The notes beneath the pieces were generated by a model. That model worked only from the letters and a program-made list of their open reading frames with translations, did no database searches and had not been told where the DNA came from. Source: a virus. From it: 17,730 nt of DNA. Positions within the stretch are counted from its first letter, which is position 1. Each line of letters begins with the position of its first letter. The position numbers and the translations under genes were made by a program. This document shows, in pieces, positions 1 to 8,054 of the stretch. The DNA lies in UHGV virus genome UHGV-1681856. One strand, 5' to 3'.

Positions 1-645
1 TGGGTACCCAACAAGCCCAGTTTGCGGCGAAACGACATGAGAGAAGCGAGGACGTGGGATGCCGCGCTTGCACATCGCCACAATGCCGCCATCTATGTAC
101 ATGTCAACATCGCAGGCGTCTGCGAGAAATCTAAGCATTTCAACAGATGAGCCGGATAGATATGGGCTTTCTATTTTTTTGTCATCAATGCCGTAGCTTT
201 CGAAATGAAGACCGTCCATTTCACATATTTCTTTTGCAATATCAACAAGCTTAACCTCGCCATCTTTGCTGAATGCGTTTGATAGCGGGGAGACTTTGTT
301 TAATATTGCCGTAGCACTCTCGATAATAATCGAAATGTCAGGGGCGGCGGAAAAGTCAGGAAGAGCTGTAGTGATATTTCCCTTGAATATATTTGAGCGC
401 ACCCCGTTAATTTCGCAGTCGATAATCAGCATGTTCCGGAGTGCGTATTTCGTCATCCAGCGAACAGATGTTAGGCGGTTTATTTCTTGTATCGAAAGAT
501 TGTAAATCTGAACGCGAGCGGTCGGCATGAGTGCGCCGCCGCCGGTGGATATTGAGCACATCGCAGCTAGATTGCCGTACTCGTGAACATTTCCTTTGGC
601 GTCGGTTGTTGAAATAATAAGTCGTCTATTTGCGTAATTAAGCAT
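1..645 (-). CDS. Putative tail/baseplate protein, 5' partial in window (N-terminal 215 codons; 3' end lies beyond position 1)
   Basis: Minus-strand ATG at 645..643 and an open frame with no stop through position 1 (my own translation; not in the ORF track because it has no in-window stop). Overlaps the stop of the upstream gene by 8 bp, consistent with the operon. Function inferred only from position downstream of the tape measure gene. Confidence 0.4.
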   Translation of the reverse strand, partial: MLNYANRRLIISTTDAKGNVHEYGNLAAMCSISTGGGALMPTARVQIYNLSIQEINRLTSVRWMTKYALRNMLIIDCEINGVRSNIFKGNITTALPDFSAAPDISIIIESATAILNKVSPLSNAFSKDGEVKLVDIAKEICEMDGLHFESYGIDDKKIESPYLSGSSVEMLRFLADACDVDMYIDGGIVAMCKRGIPRPRFSHVVSPQTGLVGYP

Positions 646-961
646 TTTTATTGTCTATTGCGATTAATTTAAAGTCTTTTGATGCAAAATTATCCGAAGT
701 GAGTAAGGTTTCATCATCTTCGCAGAAAAACATAATGTCAAAATCGATAGAGTATGGAAGCCCTATGATCGGGGCGTTTGTCATGCATGGGCGACCAGCG
801 CAAATAAGCTCACCATCCTGAGTGAAAACATCAGCAAAGATTTTGCCATGACGCGCCGTGAGCGTGATTTTTATAGAAAAATCGCCGATTGTTGCTGTAA
901 TTTGCTGCCTGCCGACTTTTTCTATCGATATTTCGTAAAACTCTGCCATTTTATAACCCAA
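638..961 (-). CDS. Hypothetical tail-associated protein (107 aa)
   Basis: ORF packed between neighbours with short overlaps (start overlaps the upstream stop region at 951..961). No recognisable motif; function from synteny only. Confidence 0.4.
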   Translation of the reverse strand: MGYKMAEFYEISIEKVGRQQITATIGDFSIKITLTARHGKIFADVFTQDGELICAGRPCMTNAPIIGLPYSIDFDIMFFCEDDETLLTSDNFASKDFKLIAIDNKNA

Positions 962-1547
962 ATGCCGATTTAACTTTTTTGCCGACGTTGGCTAATTTGC
1001 TTGCAATCTGACTACTCGTCTTTTTTATTCCCTGCTCGGTGTTTAAATCGATGATTTTTGTCTGAACAAGTCTAATCTCTCTAAATGTCAGCGAGCATCT
1101 AATCAGTCGTTCGGTTCCACCGGCGGCTCGAAGGTAGCTATACCCGGTAATGGCGCAATTTGTGTAGACAGTTTCGGGAGTTACTATCGTGAATAAACTT
1201 GTAGAATTTGCAAGTGCTTCAATCTGGCTCAGAAAAGCAGAGCGACCGACCGTGCCGCCGGTCGACTTGATTAAAGACACTGAGACATCAAAGCCGCCGG
1301 ATACTTTGTTCAGACTACCAAACCCACCCGCTTCGATTGGGTACTGCGACACTTGGGAATTTGAAGAGTATTCAACGGTTTCAACGGAATCCACAAGCAG
1401 AAGCGGGATTCCGTTTTGATTGTAGATACCCCATTTTTCGCCGAGTATCAGATTTGTAAGCTGACTGCCCGCGAAGGATAAGATGCTATTCGTTAGCCCA
1501 TTCCCCAGTCCGGGGATTTCGGGGAATCCGATGGATGACCATTTCAT
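951..1547 (-). CDS. Hypothetical tail protein immediately downstream of tape measure (198 aa)
   Basis: ATG overlaps the tape measure stop (ATGA-type 4-bp overlap at 1544..1547), suggesting translational coupling. Position matches the distal-tail/baseplate-initiator slot of contractile-tail phages. Confidence 0.45.
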   Translation of the reverse strand: MKWSSIGFPEIPGLGNGLTNSILSFAGSQLTNLILGEKWGIYNQNGIPLLLVDSVETVEYSSNSQVSQYPIEAGGFGSLNKVSGGFDVSVSLIKSTGGTVGRSAFLSQIEALANSTSLFTIVTPETVYTNCAITGYSYLRAAGGTERLIRCSLTFREIRLVQTKIIDLNTEQGIKKTSSQIASKLANVGKKVKSAFGL

Positions 1548-3220
1548 CTTATTGACCTCGAATGCTGTGCGATGCTAGAGGATAGGGCGCGGCCCATATC
1601 GTTACCAGTTCCAGACATTGTACTTGAGGATGTCGAGACGTTGACGCTATTAATGTTTACCACGTTACCGCCGGCTACAGAAGAGGGTGGAGTGGAGTGG
1701 GATAGGGATGGGATGGAAATGCCGAATTTCGGCAATTTTGCCTCGCCAATCGGAGTTCCGTGAACATGATATGCGTTTCCAGTTCCGAATTTGTATCCAG
1801 TGGCGGCAGATTGTTGCTCTGCCTGTCGAACCCATCTTTTTGTTGCGGCAGATGCCTGCCCAAGGAAATTCGGGTTGGCGTAATGAGTATTCCCGCCGAT
1901 AGTTGACTCCATGCCTGCATTCCTCGCTCTCAAGTGGGCAAGCACGGAAGCGCGAAGGCGCGGAGAGACTCTGGACATCGGGACATTTTGCACCGTTCCG
2001 TAAACCCTCCCACCGCCTTTGAGTCCGGCGGGGTTGTTAATTGCACTGAATGCCCACTTCTGGTTAATAGCGCCCCTGACCGAGCCCTGATACGCAGCAC
2101 GGTTCAGAATTGTATCCACGACGCCACCCACTTGCTTTTGGTACTCAGATTGATTTTTGAGCGGAGTTACTTCCGTTGCCGAGACCCTTAGAATGTCGTC
2201 AATGTCTTGCTGAGACAGAATGAGCTTTCCGTTTTTAAGTCCAGTTGTCCTTCTGTTTCCGTATTGACCATTTGTTGTGCGGGCTGGGATTGCGGACGCA
2301 GATGGGGATGTCGAAGAAACCTTTTCTTTCACCCAGTTTGCGGCTTTTGATGTCGCGTTTCTAATTCCGCCTGTCGCTTTTGACAGTGTATCGTTTTTCT
2401 TCCCGAGAAAGCTATTTATGATTTCTGCAAATGTAGTCAGCGCTGGGATGATTGAGTTGCCGAGCGTAGTGGCCATGCGCTCAAGCTGAATATTCAGCTT
2501 CGCTTTGTTCTCTACAAGCTTTTTCGACTCTTCAATGTCTTTTTCCGATGTCTCGGCGGCGGATTCACTTTCTTTTAATAGTCTTTCGGCCTCACTGCGC
2601 CCGCGGACGAGCATGTTGAAAGTGCCATCGTCAATACCCATGCCTTGCGCGATTTGATACGCTTGTTGACGGTCCATTTTGCTAAACGCATCCGACAAAT
2701 CAAGCATGACGTCATTCAGTTTGCGGGCCTTGCCGTCTGCATCAAGCATTGATACGCCGATTGCATTAAAGAACGGAAGCATTGAGCTGTCGCCCTTCAT
2801 TTGCAAGTCATTCATTGCTTTCGACATCGCGGCTAGAGAGTTTTTTGCAGAATCAGCATTGCCGCCAGCCATCTCCACGGCATAAGACCATTTTTTAAGC
2901 TCGGTGGCCGACACACCGATATTCGCGCTGAAATCACCCGTACTGGCGTTTGCGCTTGCAATCTTCGTTCCAAGAGCAATGAGGCCGGATATAGCCCCGA
3001 CGGCGGCCACACCAACGGCGACCACGCCGCTGGCTAGTGCGCGGGAACCTTTTGCAGCGCTGGCCGCACCGCTACCGATTGAAGAAAACGACTCCTCAAC
3101 CGAGACGGCCTTTTTCTTTGTTCCGTCAAAACTCTTTTCAAGCTTTTTAGCTGACTTGTCGTACTCTTTTGTATCAAGCCCGATTTCTACATATAGTTCG
3201 TCAACCTTATGACTGGACAT
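1544..3220 (-). CDS. Tail tape measure protein (558 aa)
   Basis: Largest ORF of the tail module, directly downstream of the chaperone and its frameshift extension. Low-complexity Ala/Gly/Ser-rich and predicted helical segments with a hydrophobic stretch (VVAVGVAAVGAISGLIALG), typical of tape measure proteins. Confidence 0.7.
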   Translation of the reverse strand: MSSHKVDELYVEIGLDTKEYDKSAKKLEKSFDGTKKKAVSVEESFSSIGSGAASAAKGSRALASGVVAVGVAAVGAISGLIALGTKIASANASTGDFSANIGVSATELKKWSYAVEMAGGNADSAKNSLAAMSKAMNDLQMKGDSSMLPFFNAIGVSMLDADGKARKLNDVMLDLSDAFSKMDRQQAYQIAQGMGIDDGTFNMLVRGRSEAERLLKESESAAETSEKDIEESKKLVENKAKLNIQLERMATTLGNSIIPALTTFAEIINSFLGKKNDTLSKATGGIRNATSKAANWVKEKVSSTSPSASAIPARTTNGQYGNRRTTGLKNGKLILSQQDIDDILRVSATEVTPLKNQSEYQKQVGGVVDTILNRAAYQGSVRGAINQKWAFSAINNPAGLKGGGRVYGTVQNVPMSRVSPRLRASVLAHLRARNAGMESTIGGNTHYANPNFLGQASAATKRWVRQAEQQSAATGYKFGTGNAYHVHGTPIGEAKLPKFGISIPSLSHSTPPSSVAGGNVVNINSVNVSTSSSTMSGTGNDMGRALSSSIAQHSRSIR

Positions 3221-3449
3221 TTGTCAAACTTTCGTAATGTTTATTAAGTAGGTATTCGTTAAACGATGATATACAAACAACATCCCATAAATTAAGCGCA
3301 TCTTCGTATGAATAGACCGTCTGGAGCTCGTGCAGGGTGCACATTCTAGATGCAACAAGGCCGGATATTACTCGCGTCAGATTCTTGTTTTGAATCTGCC
3401 TGCACGGAACTTCAGTTGCGATAATATCCGGCGCTCGACGGCCAATCAG
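3207..3449 (-). CDS. -1 frameshift extension of the tail assembly chaperone (80 codons; G-T-like fusion product of about 227 aa)
   Basis: The -1 frame relative to the chaperone is open for 80 codons from the slippery site to a TAA at 3207..3209, which overlaps the tape measure ATG at 3220. Translated by hand: LIGRRAPDIIATEVPCRQIQNKNL...NKHYESLTNVQS. Confidence 0.6.
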   Translation of the reverse strand: MIGRRAPDIIATEVPCRQIQNKNLTRVISGLVASRMCTLHELQTVYSYEDALNLWDVVCISSFNEYLLNKHYESLTNVQS

Positions 3450-3889
3450 AAATTTATATGAATCATGAATGCATCAAAGCGAAGCTTCCAAAATGTCCGG
3501 AAATCCTCGATGTCGCCCAAATCGTGGCTGATTGGACGAGCGCGGCCGCCGTCGGGAATGAACTGAACGCAACTTAAAAGCTCATCTAGAATCGGGATTG
3601 ATACAGACGATGGAACCATTCCGAAAACATTAAAAGACGCATTCAACAGGCCGATAACACCATCTTGAGGGTCAATTTCTTTAAGTGCCGCTAAGTCGCC
3701 GACACTCTCAATCGCAGTGCCAGTTGATTCACTAATGAAATTCGTCAGGCTGACACCGGAGCTTGCAATGGCGGAAAGCATTCGCATGGCGAGGTGGTCA
3801 AATTTAAAAGCGGGCATTTCAGTGATTAGAAACTTCTTGCCTGCGTCGCGTCCTTTTTCAATAACGACTACTTGTTCTTTGAGTGCCAT
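3446..3889 (-). CDS. Tail assembly chaperone (147 aa), zero-frame product
   Basis: Sits between the tube and tape measure genes, ends with a slippery heptamer, and has an open -1 frame downstream. This matches the lambda G/GT and P2 E/E+E' arrangement. Confidence 0.6.
   Translation of the reverse strand: MALKEQVVVIEKGRDAGKKFLITEMPAFKFDHLAMRMLSAIASSGVSLTNFISESTGTAIESVGDLAALKEIDPQDGVIGLLNASFNVFGMVPSSVSIPILDELLSCVQFIPDGGRARPISHDLGDIEDFRTFWKLRFDAFMIHINF
3449..3455 (-). promoter_or_regulatory. Slippery heptanucleotide A_AAT_TTC (X_XXY_YYZ) for programmed -1 ribosomal frameshifting
   Basis: Minus-strand sequence ...ATA AAT TTC TGA; the heptamer AAATTTC sits immediately before the chaperone stop codon. 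Confidence 0.6.
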
Positions 3890-4328
3890 TACGCAATTTC
3901 CTCTTCTGTAATACTATCGATATCAAAAACAAATGTACCGGCCGACACCATATTTTGAACGGTCAATCCAGCAAACGATGTCATAAACCCGCTGAACGTC
4001 TGCCGGATTTTAAGCCCCGGATGCTCGATAACAAAGTCAAACACATAGGCGTCTTTTTGAGACTTCATTGCTTGATAGCAGTTTGTCAGTGCTGCACGCG
4101 AATTTGAGTTTGCCTCTAAGTCGATTGTCATTTTTGGAGAGCCGAAAACAAAGCCACCAGACAAGATGCCGTCAACACCGCGAACGGTTACGCCGACATC
4201 GGTATCTGAGATGCTGATTGCGCTGTCTTCTTTGAAGCCTTCAAGCTTGACGTATGTGTCAGAATATCCGCGCGCCTTCCAGAGAATCGTCGCACCCGAG
4301 CCGGACAATAATTTATCAGAAATAGCCA
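3889..4328 (-). CDS. Tail tube protein (about 146 aa)
   Basis: Small ORF between the large putative sheath gene and the chaperone. I place the start at the ATG at 4328, which is preceded by AAGGA (minus strand TAAGGATTTAAAAATG), rather than the upstream GTG at 4353 used by the ORF track. Confidence 0.5.
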
Positions 4329-4382
4329 TTTTTAAATCCTTAAATAGCCGCACTAATTAGAATACGGCTATTTTATTGAAAA

Positions 4383-5870
4383 TTACAGAACGTTTGTAGA
4401 AGTTACGTTGATTGCGATAAGCGAGCCGCCATCTGTATACCAGAATTTAATCGGCATAGATTGACGGGATTGTCTAATCTGTGGAGTTGCATCCCCGATG
4501 TGAACATAAAAGCCGTTCGCATAGATCTGAGACGCCGCATCAATTCCGGTATCCGCGTTGATTTGCGCAGCCTGAAGATTTGACAGCTTAACACCGCTTC
4601 TAATTGAACCGAAATTAAGGGCCTCATCAATTACATCTTTCATTGCCGCGCGAATGTAGGCCTTGCCTTCGGAGTTGTACGGGATGGATTTAACATTCAT
4701 CAGCATCTCAACGAGCATCAGTTGGAACTGGGAGTTAATGCGGATTTGGTTGATATAGTTGTCAATCCATTTAAACGAGCCTGAAACTTGGCCTGGGTAG
4801 AAGCTGAGGAATCGGTCGGCCGCCGTTGCCCAAGCCCCGTAAAAGTTGTATCCGTTTTCAATAAGCCTGTTCGCTTCAGATTGGTTTGTAACGTCGGCAG
4901 CTAGGCCGTCTTGGCGTCGGAACGCATAGTTAATCCTGCCGTTTCGCTCCGACCAGTCGACGGAAGCGATGGCGCCGGCGAGGAATGCGGCTTTTTTGTA
5001 CCCCTCATTGCGTTTTGCATAAATCAATGCAACGCCGTTCAGGTTGATGTTTTTAATTTGCGCGCCGAGTGATGAATTTGAACCTGTAAGCGCATCATCG
5101 TTTTCATCCCACAGAATAGTGAGGAATCGCTTATTACTGTCATTTGCCCAGTTGGCGGCAATCAGCTTGACGGGATTTGACAAGTTTACAAGCGGCACGA
5201 GCGAAACCCAGTTCTGATTAGACGCTTTGATGTTGTTCAGAATGTCATAAATCGAAATAGCCGCACGGCCGGGTACGTTAATTGTCGAGCCGAGCGTAAG
5301 GCCGAGATAACCCGATGCGGCGTTTTCAGTGAACGAAATAACTTGACTCGGTCCGGATGCTTTTGTGGAGATAACGAGTTGAGAGGTTGTCTCATTGTAC
5401 GCAGCATTCACATCGAAAGCAGTTGAGATTGCGGAGGCCAAATCCGTGAACGTAGAAATGGCCGCAATCTTGTCGGCGGTAAGTTTTTTTTCAACGCCGG
5501 AAATGCTTGCAATCAAATCTGTTTTTGAGCGTTTTGCATTATCGAGCGAATAAGGGCTCACCTGCGCACTGTAAACGCGAGCGCCGATTTCTTGCGGGTT
5601 GTATTTGTAGAAGTGAATAAGACCGGGCTTCCGAGATGAATTTTCGTACCCATTAAAATACGCCGCCGCCGCCTTGTACTCAATAGAGTTTGTGCCGAAA
5701 ACCGCCGCCACGTCATCAGGATTGGAATAGCTGACTACTTCGTTATCGGGGATAAGTTCGGAATACGATAAAAACATGCCATTAAATGACAATGCATTGC
5801 CACCAGCCGAGAGTACGGCGGGCTGTACATTGACAATCATTGATGCTGGAATAGATTTAAATGTCGCCAT
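4383..5870 (-). CDS. Tail sheath protein (495 aa)
   Basis: Size and position directly upstream of tube, frameshifting chaperone and tape measure match the sheath slot of contractile-tail phages. No motif verified. Confidence 0.5.
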   Translation of the reverse strand: MATFKSIPASMIVNVQPAVLSAGGNALSFNGMFLSYSELIPDNEVVSYSNPDDVAAVFGTNSIEYKAAAAYFNGYENSSRKPGLIHFYKYNPQEIGARVYSAQVSPYSLDNAKRSKTDLIASISGVEKKLTADKIAAISTFTDLASAISTAFDVNAAYNETTSQLVISTKASGPSQVISFTENAASGYLGLTLGSTINVPGRAAISIYDILNNIKASNQNWVSLVPLVNLSNPVKLIAANWANDSNKRFLTILWDENDDALTGSNSSLGAQIKNINLNGVALIYAKRNEGYKKAAFLAGAIASVDWSERNGRINYAFRRQDGLAADVTNQSEANRLIENGYNFYGAWATAADRFLSFYPGQVSGSFKWIDNYINQIRINSQFQLMLVEMLMNVKSIPYNSEGKAYIRAAMKDVIDEALNFGSIRSGVKLSNLQAAQINADTGIDAASQIYANGFYVHIGDATPQIRQSRQSMPIKFWYTDGGSLIAINVTSTNVL

Positions 5871-6411
5871 TTGTAACTTCCGTTATAGTGATTGAATCTA
5901 TTGTCTCTATTTCTAGAATATCGACAAATAGTTGCGGGTGACTTGTAACTGAATTGAAATTGTACACCGCTGTGACGGACCATCGTGAAATCCAGTTCAG
6001 ATGCTCATCCTGTACTGGTGTATATTTCACATCAAATATTTCAATCGGGGAGAGTGGCTCAGGAGTGTTATCAAAGCAGAAAATGTCAGTGAACAATCCG
6101 CAGAACGACCGCTGACGCCAGTCCGCGTCTTTTCCGTAAAAGTCAAGCTGAACGTAGACGTTTGTGTTCGTCTCGGACGCCGCCATATTTTGCGACGGGA
6201 AATATTCTTTCTGGTTAAACGAGGTTCTCTCTTCATGGAGAATCCACATCGATATGTAGTCCTCAGTTGGCATTGGGGCATTGCTTTGATATGCCTGAAC
6301 CACATCAATATCGGGGAATAGGCCCAAGAGGTACTTCCTAATGGCAGAATATATCTCCGACCTACTGCCTTTCTGTAATTTTATTGCCTGCAAACGATTA
6401 TCCGACACCAT
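5857..6411 (-). CDS. Hypothetical neck/tail-completion protein (184 aa)
   Basis: ORF between the head-tail joining genes and the sheath; its stop overlaps the sheath start by 14 bp. The true start may be downstream of 6411, since it overlaps the preceding ORF by 31 bp. Confidence 0.35.
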   Translation of the reverse strand: MVSDNRLQAIKLQKGSRSEIYSAIRKYLLGLFPDIDVVQAYQSNAPMPTEDYISMWILHEERTSFNQKEYFPSQNMAASETNTNVYVQLDFYGKDADWRQRSFCGLFTDIFCFDNTPEPLSPIEIFDVKYTPVQDEHLNWISRWSVTAVYNFNSVTSHPQLFVDILEIETIDSITITEVTNGDI

Positions 6412-6770
6412 TTATCCCACATTTCCGGCACGGCCACGACTTTCCATCTATTTCTGCCGTTCTCGTCGCTACCGTAGCCTTTAAACACAATTTCCGCTTG
6501 GCCCGTATTATTCAGCCTGTCCAAATCTTCAACCCTACCGTCAATGTACACAGACAGAAGCTCGGATTGCTGGTACATGCCATTAAGAATCTGGACATCA
6601 GACCCCGTGGCCTGCTGGGTTTGGACTGTGATTTCGACTTGGCGGAACTCAAGTTCCCTGCTTCCGTCGTCTGCTGTTGTGTATCCGATGGGGATGTAGA
6701 GCCACGCCTGACGGTTTTGGTTGATTGTTGACGTTACAGAGTTTGCGAACGCCCTTAGATTGATTGTCAT
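6381..6770 (-). CDS. Hypothetical neck protein (129 aa)
   Basis: Co-oriented ORF with a 4-bp overlap to the upstream gene (6767..6770). Synteny only. Confidence 0.35.
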   Translation of the reverse strand: MTINLRAFANSVTSTINQNRQAWLYIPIGYTTADDGSRELEFRQVEITVQTQQATGSDVQILNGMYQQSELLSVYIDGRVEDLDRLNNTGQAEIVFKGYGSDENGRNRWKVVAVPEMWDKWCRIIVCRQ

Positions 6771-7195
6771 CTCTTAACTCTCCACGTTACCGATCGCGCC
6801 ATCGTTGAGGTATCAATGAGGGGGTTATTGAACCCCTTTTTTGCAACTGTCGATGGGGCGTTCGGCGGGTCGTCCAGTTTCACAATCTCTTCTTTGATTT
6901 TGTTTACTGTGAACTCACCGAGAAACGAGAGAACCTTCTCGACAGGTGCGCCGGAACTCATAAACTTGCCGGCAACTCTGGAAAGCTGATTGCCGTGATT
7001 GGCGAGAGTAAGGCGCATAAAAGGGCGCGGCGGGATTTTGTCCGTACCGTACTCGTTGTAGTACGCGACCTGCGCCACATCTGTTCCATCTGCGTACTTT
7101 GCGCCGTCAACAAATCCAACTTGCAGATTGCCTGCATCTTTAAAATCTGCCGACAGCTTCGCAACTCCGACTGAAAACTTATTCCCGCCTCGCAT
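6767..7195 (-). CDS. Virion morphogenesis / head-tail joining protein (Mu gpG or HK97 gp10-like, 142 aa)
   Basis: Contains PPRPFMR and DPPNAPSTVAKKG...NPLIDTSTMARSV, which resemble motifs I recall from head-tail joining / virion morphogenesis families. Position just after the capsid block fits. Confidence 0.5.
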   Translation of the reverse strand: MRGGNKFSVGVAKLSADFKDAGNLQVGFVDGAKYADGTDVAQVAYYNEYGTDKIPPRPFMRLTLANHGNQLSRVAGKFMSSGAPVEKVLSFLGEFTVNKIKEEIVKLDDPPNAPSTVAKKGFNNPLIDTSTMARSVTWRVKR

Positions 7196-7740
7196 TACCT
7201 TCTACGCCTCACATATCTGAATGCTCGATACTTCGCCGTCATTTGCCAAAATGTCAGGCCCCACGACGTTTGAGCGAACCATTGAGCTTGTGACGACACC
7301 GCCCCGGCATTGACCGATACCGAAACCGAACCCTCGGACGCGGATGTGATTTGCCCTGTCAGTCCGCCATTCGCCGCTCGTCGTTCAAGCTCTGCAAAGT
7401 GCCGCATCAGCAGCATGAGCAGCATTGAACGCTCTTCCGTGCATCGGACTTGAGAACACGGGGAGTTTGAAACAATTTGCGTCGCTTGGAAAAACCAGAA
7501 CCGCAACCGCGCATTGCTCTCATCTCGGATTTCAGGATAAAGGTCACGGAAAAGCTCGGGGTCAAGTTCAACAATCCCATCGGTCAATGCAGCCTTCTCA
7601 GCCTCTTTCTGCTCAAGTTCCGAGATGAGCTTTATTGCGGCTGCGTCGAACTTTTCCTCATAAGTCTGAGGAGCGGTTGGTTGGGCTGGCGCTGGCTGAA
7701 CAGGGGATGGTTGTGCGAACGGCGAGGTGGCGGACGACAT
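7195..7740 (-). CDS. Hypothetical head-tail connector region protein (181 aa)
   Basis: Pro/Ala/Gln-rich N-terminus followed by a helical segment. ORF abuts its neighbours (2-bp gap upstream, 1-bp overlap downstream). Confidence 0.4.
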   Translation of the reverse strand: MSSATSPFAQPSPVQPAPAQPTAPQTYEEKFDAAAIKLISELEQKEAEKAALTDGIVELDPELFRDLYPEIRDESNARLRFWFFQATQIVSNSPCSQVRCTEERSMLLMLLMRHFAELERRAANGGLTGQITSASEGSVSVSVNAGAVSSQAQWFAQTSWGLTFWQMTAKYRAFRYVRRRR

Positions 7741-7741
7741 T

Positions 7742-8017
7742 TTATTTATCTTCCGTTACAGCGCCGCCGGCAGCAGGGTCGACGGGCGAAATGTCGGTTT
7801 CTTCGGTAGTCAGAACATTTGCGTTTGATTTTTCGGCAAACTGAATGTACCCGGCTTTAAACGCATCAGACTCTTCAATAATGGGGCGCAGGGTTTCAAA
7901 GCGGTCGTTCGGTACATCCGTGATATTTTGGGCGCCGAGGATGGTGGACGTGTTGGTACCATTGATGACAACACCATCAAATTCGACAGCAAAGGGCATT
8001 TTGGAAAATACTTTCAT
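7742..8017 (-). CDS. Small structural protein downstream of major capsid (91 aa)
   Basis: Good translation-initiation region on the minus strand (GTAAGGATTAAAAATG), separated from the capsid gene by a stem-loop. Confidence 0.4.
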   Translation of the reverse strand: MKVFSKMPFAVEFDGVVINGTNTSTILGAQNITDVPNDRFETLRPIIEESDAFKAGYIQFAEKSNANVLTTEETDISPVDPAAGGAVTEDK

Positions 8018-8031
8018 TTTTAATCCTTACT

Positions 8032-8047
8032 CCCCGCCGAAGCGGGG
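8032..8047 (-). promoter_or_regulatory. Stable GC stem-loop (CCCCGC-UUCG-GCGGGG on the transcript) between the major capsid gene and the next gene
   Basis: Perfect 6-bp GC stem with a UUCG tetraloop read on the minus strand; no U-tract follows on that strand. Likely an mRNA-stabilising or partial-termination element boosting capsid transcript levels. Confidence 0.35.
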
Positions 8048-8054
8048 ATTTTAG

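Noticed and set aside
266-505. Plus-strand 79-aa ORF
   Set aside because: Lies entirely antisense within the open minus-strand gene occupying 1..645; no initiation context. Likely spurious.
1189-3212. Several plus-strand ORFs (1189..1419, 1572..1763, 1687..1902, 1934..2191, 2277..2489, 2679..2885, 2904..3212) and minus-strand ORFs (1675..1920, 2833..3015)
   Set aside because: All are embedded in or antisense to the tail protein and tape measure genes. Low-complexity translations typical of off-frame reading; no independent support.
1544-3220. Possible M23-type peptidase motif (AYHVHG) in the C-terminal part of the tape measure protein
   Set aside because: Only an HxH-like triplet is present, without a convincing upstream HxxxD partner. 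Insufficient to claim a peptidoglycan hydrolase domain.
3883-4353. GTG start at 4353 for the tube gene and the overlapping plus-strand ORFs 3717..3911, 3883..4107 and 4166..4360
   Set aside because: The ATG at 4328 has a canonical AAGGA-spacer-ATG context reused elsewhere in this phage, while the GTG at 4353 has none. The plus-strand ORFs are antisense to well-packed genes.
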